From Coprobacillus sp. CAG:698 (GTDB lineage Bacteria; Bacillota_I; Bacilli_A; ML615J-28; CAG-698): a DNA stretch of 64,000 bases. Below the pieces are notes generated by a model. It did no database searches, was not told where the DNA came from, and worked only from the letters and a program-made list of their open reading frames with translations. A program made the translations under genes and the position numbers. The stretch lies in assembly GCA_000431235.1 (NCBI GenBank), contig HF988734.1, positions 155,848-219,847 of the forward strand. Direction: 5' to 3'. Below, piece by piece: positions 30,003 to 38,801 of the stretch; position 1 is the stretch's first letter, and every line of letters begins with the position of its first letter.

Positions 30003-30893
30003 ATGGAAGAAACAAAATCATTAATATGTACAAGATGTGGATCACATTATTTAGAAAAACAAAGTGAAACTGAATATAAGTGTTTAAGTTGTGATGCTAT
30101 AATTACTAAGGAAAAAGCCTTAGATTTTGAAGAACAATATAAAAAACTTCAAGCTGAAGGTAAGGCATTTGATATAGCTAACTTAAGAAGTTTAGTTAGA
30201 AAAGCACTAGAAGGGCATATTGATAAAGATTCACTTATTAAGTATTCACAAGATATATTAAGGGTTTTACCAGGAGATGTGCTTTCACTATTTTACATTA
30301 AATTTGCTAATCGTATAATTTATCCTAGTGATTATGAATATTATTTAAATCTTCTTTTGAAAGAAGCAACACAAACAGAAATAGATGAAATAATAGATAT
30401 AATAATAACTAATGCCAGATTTAGAGAAAAAGAACAGGTAATTAACATAATAAATAAGTTCTATAAAGGAAGAGAAGATAAACTTATAGAGCTAGAAAAA
30501 GCTTTAAAACAAAGAACGAAAGAAATAGATTTATTTAGTGATATACCTAGAGATATATTTATTTGTCATTCTTCACTAGATAAAGATAAAGTAAATGAAA
30601 TATTAAAGACGTTAGAAGAAGATGGAAATACATGCTGGATATCATCACGTAATATTCCATGGGATAGTGATAACTATTGGTTAAATATTGAAAAAGCAAT
30701 AAAATCATGTAATATCTTCTTATGCTTAAATAGTGTAAATACAATGCAAAGCAATGACTGCAGACGTGAAGTAGAAATAGCGAGCACTTTAAACAAGAAA
30801 AGAATAGAGTATAAGTTAGATGAATCTAGAGATATAACATTATTTAAACAGTTCTTTACAGGACAATGGTATCAATACAATGCAAAGCAATGA
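30003..30893 (+). CDS. Zn-ribbon + TIR-domain protein (C-terminus truncated by a frameshifting tandem duplication)
   Basis: N-terminus 'CTRCGSHY…CLSCDA'. C-terminal TIR motifs 'DIFICHSSLDKDKV…CWISSRNIPWDSDNYW…EKAIKSC…REVEIA' include the conserved Glu. The frame ends 4 codons into the second repeat copy. Confidence 0.7.
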   Translation: MEETKSLICTRCGSHYLEKQSETEYKCLSCDAIITKEKALDFEEQYKKLQAEGKAFDIANLRSLVRKALEGHIDKDSLIKYSQDILRVLPGDVLSLFYIKFANRIIYPSDYEYYLNLLLKEATQTEIDEIIDIIITNARFREKEQVINIINKFYKGREDKLIELEKALKQRTKEIDLFSDIPRDIFICHSSLDKDKVNEILKTLEEDGNTCWISSRNIPWDSDNYWLNIEKAIKSCNIFLCLNSVNTMQSNDCRREVEIASTLNKKRIEYKLDESRDITLFKQFFTGQWYQYNAKQ

Positions 30894-31015
30894 TTGCAGA
30901 CGTGAAGTAGAAATAGCAAGCAGTCTAAACAAGAAAAGAATCGAATATAAGTTAGATGATGCTAGAGATATAACATTATTTAAAAACTTCTTTACAGGAC
31001 AGTGGATAACAAATA
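30744..31015 (+). repeat. Diverged direct tandem duplication, 2 × 136 bp (~93% identity)
   Basis: Copy 1 is 30744–30879 and copy 2 is 30880–31015. The ATGCAAAGCAATGA(C/T)TGCAGACGTGAAGTAGAAATAGC… block is seen twice, with a period of 136 = 3n+1. Confidence 0.85.
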
Positions 31016-31245
31016 TTAATGACTTATTAGATAAAGTATATGACTTAAAACACAAAGAAACAAAGTTAAAAGAAGAAGCTAAAAAGCTCTTAAAAAGCAA
31101 AGAATATGAAAAAGCCAAAGAAGTATTTTTAGAAGTAAATGATGATGAAGCAAAAAAATATATAGTGTTATGTAATACTTTAATTTCCTCAACAAAGTTA
31201 ATGAAAAATAGCATGTATGAAGAAGCTAAAGCAAAACTATTATAA
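30880..31245 (+). CDS. Detached C-terminal portion of the TIR protein (re-reads the duplicated segment in frame, then a helical tail)
   Basis: Starts with 'MQSNDCRREVEIASSLNKKRIEYKLDDARDITLFKNFFTGQW', nearly identical to the end of the TIR ORF, then continues into a 75-aa helical extension. Confidence 0.5.
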   Translation: MQSNDCRREVEIASSLNKKRIEYKLDDARDITLFKNFFTGQWITNINDLLDKVYDLKHKETKLKEEAKKLLKSKEYEKAKEVFLEVNDDEAKKYIVLCNTLISSTKLMKNSMYEEAKAKLL

Positions 31246-31272
31246 ATAGATGATATAATCTATACCAAAGAT

Positions 31273-33546
31273 TTGCTTGAGGAATGTAGCCACAAGATAT
31301 CTTTAAATAGTACCATTAATTATGAAGTAAATAATAATATAAAGGAAGAAACAACTACCAGAGAAGAAACAAATAAAAATGACATATTAAAAAAAGCAAA
31401 GTTTTTGCTCAATCAAACAAAAGATTATCAAGAAGCTGAAAAGATACTATTTGAAGAAATAGCATATAATGAGAATAATTTTGAATTATGGTATTATTAT
31501 CTATATGCAATAACAAAAGGCTTAAAAGATAATAACCATAAAAATATTAATTTGGCATTTGAAAATTTAAAGAAATTAGTACCTAATGAAAGAAAAAAAG
31601 ATATTCAAGATTTAGATAATAGATTAAATCCAGTTACAATAAAACGATTAGAAGAAGAGAAGGAAAGGAAAATAGAAGAAGAAAGAGAAAAAGTACAAAA
31701 AGAATATGACGCAAAAATAGAAAAAGAACAAGAAAAACTAAATATAATAAAACTTAAAGTAAAACAAATTGATGAAGAAACTGATAATAAGATAAATAAT
31801 CATCATAAAATTCTTATGAATGCAATTGATGAATTTAAGAAAAAGAATATAATTAGTAAAACAAGTAAAACTGATTTTATTTACTTTGGGTCATATCCTC
31901 AAACATTAAAAAATGCCAATGTGAAAATAATTAGTAAAGAAACTGATGAAAGAGGATATTATTCAGGAAGTGATGGAAGTAAGTATCAATTGGTAAACAA
32001 AGGTTTATTTAAAAAGTTCTATTACAAAGTAGAGCCTATTAGATGGCTAATTGTTAAACATGATAAAGAAAGTATGTTTGTTATTAGTGATATGATAATT
32101 GACAACCATATATATGATAATTATACGTATAATTATGAAGAATCAGAAATAAGATCATGGCTTAATAAAGAATTTTATAACAAAGCCTTTACTGATAAGG
32201 AAAAGAAAATTATACAAACAACTTTAGTTGATAATTCTCTTACATCAACATGTGAAATAAATAACCCATATATATGTAGTAATACAATTGATAAAATATT
32301 CTTATTAAGTACTGAAGAAGTGACTAGCTCAGCATATGGATTTTCTAAAAACAAATTACCTTGTAAGAAAGTAACAGATTATGCTAAAGAGTTAGGGGCA
32401 ATAGAAATAATGGGTCAAGGAAATTATTATCTTCGTTCCTCAAAAAAATATAAAGATACATATAATGTTTGTATGGTTACCTCAGATAAGTCACTTAGTG
32501 CTACGTTAATAAATAGTTCTTTTGTAGGTACAGTTCCAGCAATGCTTCTATCATTAAGTCTAGATACAAATGTTTGTAAAGAACGCTGTGTAAAAGAATT
32601 AAATAGTGATAAAGAATTAGAAGCGCTAAGAGAAGAAAAGAATAAGCTTTTAAAAAATCAAACATTAGTAAAAGATATGATAACAAAGCTAGAAGCAGAA
32701 AAGAAAGAAACTCTACTAAAGTATATAGGATTAATAACTAGCTTAAAGAAAGATACTATAAGTTTTGGTTCATATCCTCAAACAATAAAAGACAAAAATG
32801 TTACGATAACAACTACTTTCCCTGATAATAACGGTTATTATTTAGGTAGTGATGGTGAATATTATGCTAAGCTAATAGCTAATCCTCATATCAAAAATGA
32901 GAAGTATTACTATTCAAATAATGAAGAAATAATAAGTGGGAAAGAATATTATTTCAAAGTTGAACCAATTATCTTTAATAAAATTCACGGGACAAATAAG
33001 GATTTCTATTTGTCATCAAAAATAATTGAAACAATGGCTTATCAGGATGTATATTATCAAGATGGAAATAAATATTATGTAAAAACAGGAGTAGCAGCAA
33101 ATAATTATGAGTATAGTAAAGCTAGAAAAGTGTTAAACAATGACTTTTTATACAAAGCCTTTACCCAAACTCAAAGAGATTTGCTTGAAAAAACTTATGT
33201 TGATAATAGTGCTGAATCAACTGGTGAGTCTGAAAATATACATGCCTGCCCTTCCACATATGATTATGTATTTTTGCCAAGTATAGAAGAAATGACTTTG
33301 AGATCTAATGGATTTAAAGCTAAAAATGAAGAAGATAAAAATAGAGTTAAAGAAACAACAGATTATGCTAAGGCTAATGGAGCTTATTTACGTAGTGGTT
33401 ATCAAAACTATTTCTTGAGATCACCAGATTCATGGCTTACAAGTTTTGTGAAAACTGTAACTACTAACGGTAAAATTATAGGCAATGATTTTAGCTATCC
33501 ACATAATGGTATATGCGTAGGAATTGTTTTAAAGCAATCTAAATAG
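31273..33546 (+). CDS. Large protein with a helical N-terminal region, coiled-coil and two tandem ~250-aa repeat domains (FGSYPQT…EPI…WL…YYLRS… type)
   Basis: The internal repeat 'KTDFIYFGSYPQTLKNANVKI…YYKVEPIRWLIV…' is paralleled by 'KDTISFGSYPQTIKDKNVTI…YYFKVEPIIFNKI…'. No signal peptide. Confidence 0.5.
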   Translation: MLEECSHKISLNSTINYEVNNNIKEETTTREETNKNDILKKAKFLLNQTKDYQEAEKILFEEIAYNENNFELWYYYLYAITKGLKDNNHKNINLAFENLKKLVPNERKKDIQDLDNRLNPVTIKRLEEEKERKIEEEREKVQKEYDAKIEKEQEKLNIIKLKVKQIDEETDNKINNHHKILMNAIDEFKKKNIISKTSKTDFIYFGSYPQTLKNANVKIISKETDERGYYSGSDGSKYQLVNKGLFKKFYYKVEPIRWLIVKHDKESMFVISDMIIDNHIYDNYTYNYEESEIRSWLNKEFYNKAFTDKEKKIIQTTLVDNSLTSTCEINNPYICSNTIDKIFLLSTEEVTSSAYGFSKNKLPCKKVTDYAKELGAIEIMGQGNYYLRSSKKYKDTYNVCMVTSDKSLSATLINSSFVGTVPAMLLSLSLDTNVCKERCVKELNSDKELEALREEKNKLLKNQTLVKDMITKLEAEKKETLLKYIGLITSLKKDTISFGSYPQTIKDKNVTITTTFPDNNGYYLGSDGEYYAKLIANPHIKNEKYYYSNNEEIISGKEYYFKVEPIIFNKIHGTNKDFYLSSKIIETMAYQDVYYQDGNKYYVKTGVAANNYEYSKARKVLNNDFLYKAFTQTQRDLLEKTYVDNSAESTGESENIHACPSTYDYVFLPSIEEMTLRSNGFKAKNEEDKNRVKETTDYAKANGAYLRSGYQNYFLRSPDSWLTSFVKTVTTNGKIIGNDFSYPHNGICVGIVLKQSK

Positions 33547-33583
33547 ACAAGTAGCAATAAAAAGCACAACTTGTCTTTTTGTT
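33546..33583 (+). terminator. Rho-independent terminator (AGACAAGT…ACTTGTCT + TTTTT)
   Basis: 8-bp perfect stem directly after the stop of the repeat-domain gene. Confidence 0.55.
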
Positions 33584-33779
33584 TGCTATTTAGATAAATA
33601 ATATAACTATATAAGGATTAATATGTACTTAAAGATGCATAAGTTAGATAGGTTCCAAGATTTAATTTTCATTAACTAACAATTTATCCCAATATGTTAT
33701 AAGTTATAACAAATAAATTGAAAAATTCCTTTAAAAGTGCTATAATAAATAATCAAATGAATTGATTTGGAGGATGAAT

Positions 33780-36700
33780 ATGAAGTCTATATTTAAATTA
33801 ATATATATGGTTGCAATAGTTTTTTTAACTTGTCTTTTCTTTATTTCTTGTAAAGAAATAGATAAAAACATTAGTAGCATAGAAATTAGTAATCTTGAAG
33901 AAGTTAGTATATTAAAACTTAATAATTTTAAGTATTCAGATATAGAGTTAACTGTTAAATATGAAAATGGTGAAGATGAAATAATTAATCTTTCAAGTTC
34001 GATGATGACAAAAGAAGATGCTTTAAAATTTAAACAAGTAGGTAAGCATGAAGTATATATTTACTATAAAGATATGAGCATAAAGTATAACTTTGAAATA
34101 ATAGCAAGTTCAAATGATTTCGATAATGTTATTTTCACTCTTGATGAAACATCATTTATATATTCAGGTATGCCATGTAAACCTAATGTCATTGTAAGCG
34201 GTAAGGATTTAACTCTAGATGAAGACTATTCGGTTGAATATATTAATAATATAAATGCTGGTACTGGAGTAGTTATTATAAAAGGCATTAATGATTATAA
34301 AGGCGAAAAAGTTTTAACATTTACAATTGATAAGAAAACTTTGATTATCAAAGCTAATAACATAACAATTAGTGGTAATGAAAAACCAGTATTTACAGTA
34401 TCATATAATGGATTTGTTTATACAGATGATGAGAATTCACTAATGGGAACTTTAAAAATTACTTGTGATTATGATGATAGTATTAGTGGAAATTATGAAA
34501 TTAATGCAAGTGGTTATACAAGTAATAATTATAATATTATTTATGAAAAAGGAACTTTAAGTGTAAATAACATTTATCTCGATAAAGCCGTTATTGAATT
34601 AGAATATTTATCGCATGCGTACACAGGACGTGAACTAAAACCTGATTGCTTAATTACAATTGATGGCCAAACAGTTAGTAGTTATAATTATGAAATCATA
34701 TATGAAAATAATAAAGATGCTGGAATAGCAAAAGTTGTGATTGTTGGTAAAAACTTATACTATGGAAGAATTGAAAAAGAATTCACTATTACAAAAGTGA
34801 ATTTGGAAATATCAATAAACAATGAAGAAATAAAGTATTTAGACTTAATACCTAATTATAAGATAAACTATATAGGATTTGTAAATTTAGATAATGAATC
34901 TTCTTTAGATGGAAAATTAAATATTGAGTGTTCTTATGATGGAACAGAAATAGGTTCTTATCCTCTTATCTTGAGTGGATTAACTTCTAACAATTATAAT
35001 ATTATTTATAAAAATGGACTATTAAAAGTTAATAGTAGAGAAATTGATAGCGTAACTATTGAATATGAAGAAATAACTTATGCAGGAAAATATTTAACAC
35101 CTGAGATCAAATGCTTAGTAAATAAAAATGAGTTAGTGCTTGGCAAAGATTTTGTAGTCAAATACGAAAATAACTTAAACTCAGGGAAAGCAGTAGTATA
35201 CATTTCTGGTCAGGGTAACTTTAAAGGAACGATAACAAAAACATTTACCATAAATAAAGCCAAACTTAATATTAAAGTAACTAATATGACTATTGATTAT
35301 GGTGATGATTATCCAGAGTTTGGTTATATTGCAAAAGGATTTCAAAATGAAGATAATATCTTAAGTTTATCAGGAACATTATTATTTAATACTACTTATA
35401 AAAATAATAGTAAGATAGGTGTTTATGATGTTTATGCTTATGGCGTACAATCAGATAATTATCTTATATCATTTGAAAAAGGATTATTAACTGTAAATAG
35501 TAAAGAAATTATCGAAGAAAATATAATCTTAGATAATACTTCATTTACTTATACGGGAAGAGAAATCAATCCAATTGTCAAGGTGAATGTAAACAAAACT
35601 TTAGGGCTAAACACTGATTACAAAATCGAAATACAAGATAATTTATTTGCTGGAACAGGTAAAGTAATTGTAACAGGAATAGGTAATTACTCTGGAATAG
35701 TTACCAAACAATTTACAATTGCTCCAAAAGACTTACATATAGTGATAAATGGATTCAACATAAAGTATGGTGATGAATTAGCAAGTTATGATGTTTCTTA
35801 TAATGGATTTGTAAATGGTGAAGATCTTGCAAACCTAGAAGGTAATTTACTAATCACTACTGATTATAAGAAATTTAGTAATGTGGGTACATACTTAATC
35901 GAAGGTACCGGATTAACATCTAACAATTATAAGATTATATATGATTGTGGGAAAATAAATGTTTCTCCACAGAATTTAAGCAATGTAACGTATAGTATCG
36001 AGAGTAAAGACTATGTATATAATGCTGAAGCAATTAAACCAGAATTAACACTATCATATATGCTTATAAAACTTAAAGAAAATACTGACTATACTATTTC
36101 TCTTTTAAATAATATAAATTATGGCAAGGCAACGTTAGAAATTAATGGTATAAATAATTATACAGGAACCATCAAAGATACTTTTATAATACAAAAGAGA
36201 AATATAACTATAAAATCAAATGATTATAGTTTAAAATATCTAGAAGAAGTTGAAAAATACGATTGTATTATTACAAATCTTCCTGATGCATATAATCAAG
36301 ATTTAGTAAAAACAGAATTAGTTTTCTCAACAACTTATGAAAAAGGTAAAAAAATAGGTAACTATGAATTAATAGTTTCTGGATTTGCTCAAGATAACTT
36401 TAATGTAACTTATGAAAAAGGAATTATAACTTTAGCATACACAGATAAATTTAATGGTGAAGGTACACTAGATAATCCATACATTTTATCAAATGTTAAT
36501 GATATAATGGGATTGAGTGAAAAAGTGTTATCAGGTGAAAAGTATAAAAATAAATATTTTATTTTATCTAATGATATTGATTTTTCAGGATATTCACTTA
36601 CACCAATAGGTGATAAAGATCATTACTTCCAAGGTTATTTTAATGGCAAAGGAAGGGAAATAAAGAACTTTAGTATTACAGGTTCTAAGTCATCTTATAT

Positions 36701-38780
36701 TGGTTTATTTGCTAATGTAGTTGATGGTGAAATTACAAACTTAGGATTAAATAATATCGTAATTTCAAACAACAATTGTGCTAATTTGGGTGCCCTTGTT
36801 GGATTTATTAAAAATGGCATCATCAAGAATGCATATGTAAAAAATGCAAATTTAAGCAATAATACTAATGCAGTAATTGGTTCAATTTGTGGTTATTTAG
36901 TGAATTCAAAAATATACAATGCATATTTTGTTTCTACTTTAAATATAACTGGTGGATTTGTAACTATAGGTTCAATAGCTGGTAAAATAGAAAACTCTAT
37001 AATTGACTCATCTTATGGTTGCATAAATGCTGATATAAATATTGAAGATGGAAGTTTTAGTGGTATTACTTCTGCTACTAATGAATCTAGTATTACAAAT
37101 ACGTTTATTGATGGTAATATTAATGTTACATCGGATAAAGCTAAAATAAATGAAATATCTGAAGGAATTAAAGGAACATATGTAAGAAGCGTTAATTTAC
37201 TTAATACTTTAACAATAACAAAGAATGAAGAAAAGATTAGTATAAAACTAGTAAAGAGCCTAAGTGAAGTTGTGTCAATATTTAAGAAAAATATAGACAT
37301 TAATGATTGGGTGATATTTGATGATAAACTTCCTCAACTTACATTTGAGGAAAATGATGGTGTAAAACTAATTAATAAGCCTCAAAGTTTAAAGAAGGAA
37401 TATGATGGTTTAAGTGCAAGTTACTTTGGGTTTACATTAGACAAATCATATATTAACGTAGGAACTTACGAAGCTATTTTGAAACTAAAGGAAGGATTTA
37501 TGTGGTCTGATGGTACTACTGATGATATTACAATATCATTAGAGATAACTAAAAAGAACCTCTATATCAATATTAATAGCTTACATATACATGTAGGTGA
37601 TAATTATGACTTAACATTTGCTTCATATGGATTAGTAAAAAGTGATGAAAACTTACTTGATGAAATTACTTTGATTTGTGATTATAATTTAAATTCAGGA
37701 ATATTCTTAATTAATATGCTTCCAGTTGAGTTAGATAATTATAATGTTATAATTAGAGAAGGATATTTGTACGTGAGTGAAAATGGATACAACGATTGGT
37801 CAGTTTGGGATGGAAATATTTCTGATGCTACTTTGGAAGGAAGTGGTACAAGTTTAGATCCATATGTAATTGATTCAGCTGCAAAATTAGCTTCACTAGT
37901 GTTCAAAACAAAAAATGGTGAACCAACAAATTATTACTATGAATTACGTACAAACATTGATTTAAATTATAATGAATGGGAACCAATTGCTGATGGGAAT
38001 GATTTGTATAGTTTTGAGGGCTATTTTAATGGTAATGGCTATGTAATTAAAAATTTGAAGATAACGAAAAATCATCGTTATGTTGGTTTATTTGGCTGTA
38101 CAACAAATGCTCAAATTGAATCTTTACGTTTGGAAAACGTTGATATCGACTTAAACACATATGTAGAGGCGTATATAGGTAGTTTAATTGGGTACTCAGA
38201 ATCTACACAAGTTTCGAAGGTAAGTAGTGAGGGCCAAATAAAAGTAAATGTTTTATGTTCTTATAATATAATATGTGGTGGATTAATAGGTTATCAAACT
38301 ATGCAAACTACACTTTCTAATGTATATAGTGAAGTAAATATTTCTATCACAAATAGCGATGAACAGTCATCACAATCTCCATTTAATGTTGGTGGAATAG
38401 CAGGATATTTACAAGATGGAAGTATCCTTACATGCTATGCAATAGGGGATATTAAAATACAAAATCTTAACGCAAGAACATACGTTGGTGGAATTATTGG
38501 CTATGGTAATAAAGGTCAAATCACGAATGCAATTTCCTATATGAATATTGATTTAAAAGGTAAACTATACTATATTGATTATATAATAGGAGGACAACAA
38601 CAAGTTACAAGTACAAACATTGTTGCACTTAATGAAAATAAAGTAATTGTAAATGATACTACAGTTGTTATATCTTTGGGAACATTATATAGTAGTGTTG
38701 AACTTGAAACGTTTGTTCTAGAAAACTTTGATGACCACATTTGGGATATCGATGACTATCTATATCCAACCTTACATTAA
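33780..38780 (+). CDS. Giant surface lipoprotein with ≥7 MBG-type repeats and two parallel-β-helix-like (GLUG-like) regions
   Basis: Signal peptide with a weak lipobox ('…LTCLFFISCKE'). Repeated 'YNIIYEKGTLSVN / YNIIYKNGLLKVN / YLISFEKGLLTVN / YKIIYDCGKINVS / FNVTYEKGIITLA' MBG-domain signatures. Two 'G(E/S)GT(L/S)(D/L)(N/D)PY(I/V)(L/I)' + 'GLF…N' blocks. GGAGGA RBS. Confidence 0.7.
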   Translation: MKSIFKLIYMVAIVFLTCLFFISCKEIDKNISSIEISNLEEVSILKLNNFKYSDIELTVKYENGEDEIINLSSSMMTKEDALKFKQVGKHEVYIYYKDMSIKYNFEIIASSNDFDNVIFTLDETSFIYSGMPCKPNVIVSGKDLTLDEDYSVEYINNINAGTGVVIIKGINDYKGEKVLTFTIDKKTLIIKANNITISGNEKPVFTVSYNGFVYTDDENSLMGTLKITCDYDDSISGNYEINASGYTSNNYNIIYEKGTLSVNNIYLDKAVIELEYLSHAYTGRELKPDCLITIDGQTVSSYNYEIIYENNKDAGIAKVVIVGKNLYYGRIEKEFTITKVNLEISINNEEIKYLDLIPNYKINYIGFVNLDNESSLDGKLNIECSYDGTEIGSYPLILSGLTSNNYNIIYKNGLLKVNSREIDSVTIEYEEITYAGKYLTPEIKCLVNKNELVLGKDFVVKYENNLNSGKAVVYISGQGNFKGTITKTFTINKAKLNIKVTNMTIDYGDDYPEFGYIAKGFQNEDNILSLSGTLLFNTTYKNNSKIGVYDVYAYGVQSDNYLISFEKGLLTVNSKEIIEENIILDNTSFTYTGREINPIVKVNVNKTLGLNTDYKIEIQDNLFAGTGKVIVTGIGNYSGIVTKQFTIAPKDLHIVINGFNIKYGDELASYDVSYNGFVNGEDLANLEGNLLITTDYKKFSNVGTYLIEGTGLTSNNYKIIYDCGKINVSPQNLSNVTYSIESKDYVYNAEAIKPELTLSYMLIKLKENTDYTISLLNNINYGKATLEINGINNYTGTIKDTFIIQKRNITIKSNDYSLKYLEEVEKYDCIITNLPDAYNQDLVKTELVFSTTYEKGKKIGNYELIVSGFAQDNFNVTYEKGIITLAYTDKFNGEGTLDNPYILSNVNDIMGLSEKVLSGEKYKNKYFILSNDIDFSGYSLTPIGDKDHYFQGYFNGKGREIKNFSITGSKSSYIGLFANVVDGEITNLGLNNIVISNNNCANLGALVGFIKNGIIKNAYVKNANLSNNTNAVIGSICGYLVNSKIYNAYFVSTLNITGGFVTIGSIAGKIENSIIDSSYGCINADINIEDGSFSGITSATNESSITNTFIDGNINVTSDKAKINEISEGIKGTYVRSVNLLNTLTITKNEEKISIKLVKSLSEVVSIFKKNIDINDWVIFDDKLPQLTFEENDGVKLINKPQSLKKEYDGLSASYFGFTLDKSYINVGTYEAILKLKEGFMWSDGTTDDITISLEITKKNLYININSLHIHVGDNYDLTFASYGLVKSDENLLDEITLICDYNLNSGIFLINMLPVELDNYNVIIREGYLYVSENGYNDWSVWDGNISDATLEGSGTSLDPYVIDSAAKLASLVFKTKNGEPTNYYYELRTNIDLNYNEWEPIADGNDLYSFEGYFNGNGYVIKNLKITKNHRYVGLFGCTTNAQIESLRLENVDIDLNTYVEAYIGSLIGYSESTQVSKVSSEGQIKVNVLCSYNIICGGLIGYQTMQTTLSNVYSEVNISITNSDEQSSQSPFNVGGIAGYLQDGSILTCYAIGDIKIQNLNARTYVGGIIGYGNKGQITNAISYMNIDLKGKLYYIDYIIGGQQQVTSTNIVALNENKVIVNDTTVVISLGTLYSSVELETFVLENFDDHIWDIDDYLYPTLH

Positions 38781-38801
38781 TTAATTAGCTCTAAGGGTTA
38801 A

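Noticed and set aside
30744-31015. Possible CRISPR-like repeat array
   Set aside because: Only two copies, each 136 bp and directly adjacent with no spacers; these are tandem segmental duplications, as are the ~160-bp units at 39993–40317. No cas genes in the window.
30840-31214. 124-aa minus-strand ORF overlapping the TIR tail region
   Set aside because: Entirely antisense to two supported coding segments, hydrophobic low-complexity translation, no RBS.
34000-36400. DNA-level repeats within the giant lipoprotein gene as a mobile or variable element
   Set aside because: The MBG-domain repeats are conserved only at protein level (YxIxYxxGxLxVN) with divergent nucleotides. They are ordinary domain repeats; I could not support a phase-variable cassette.
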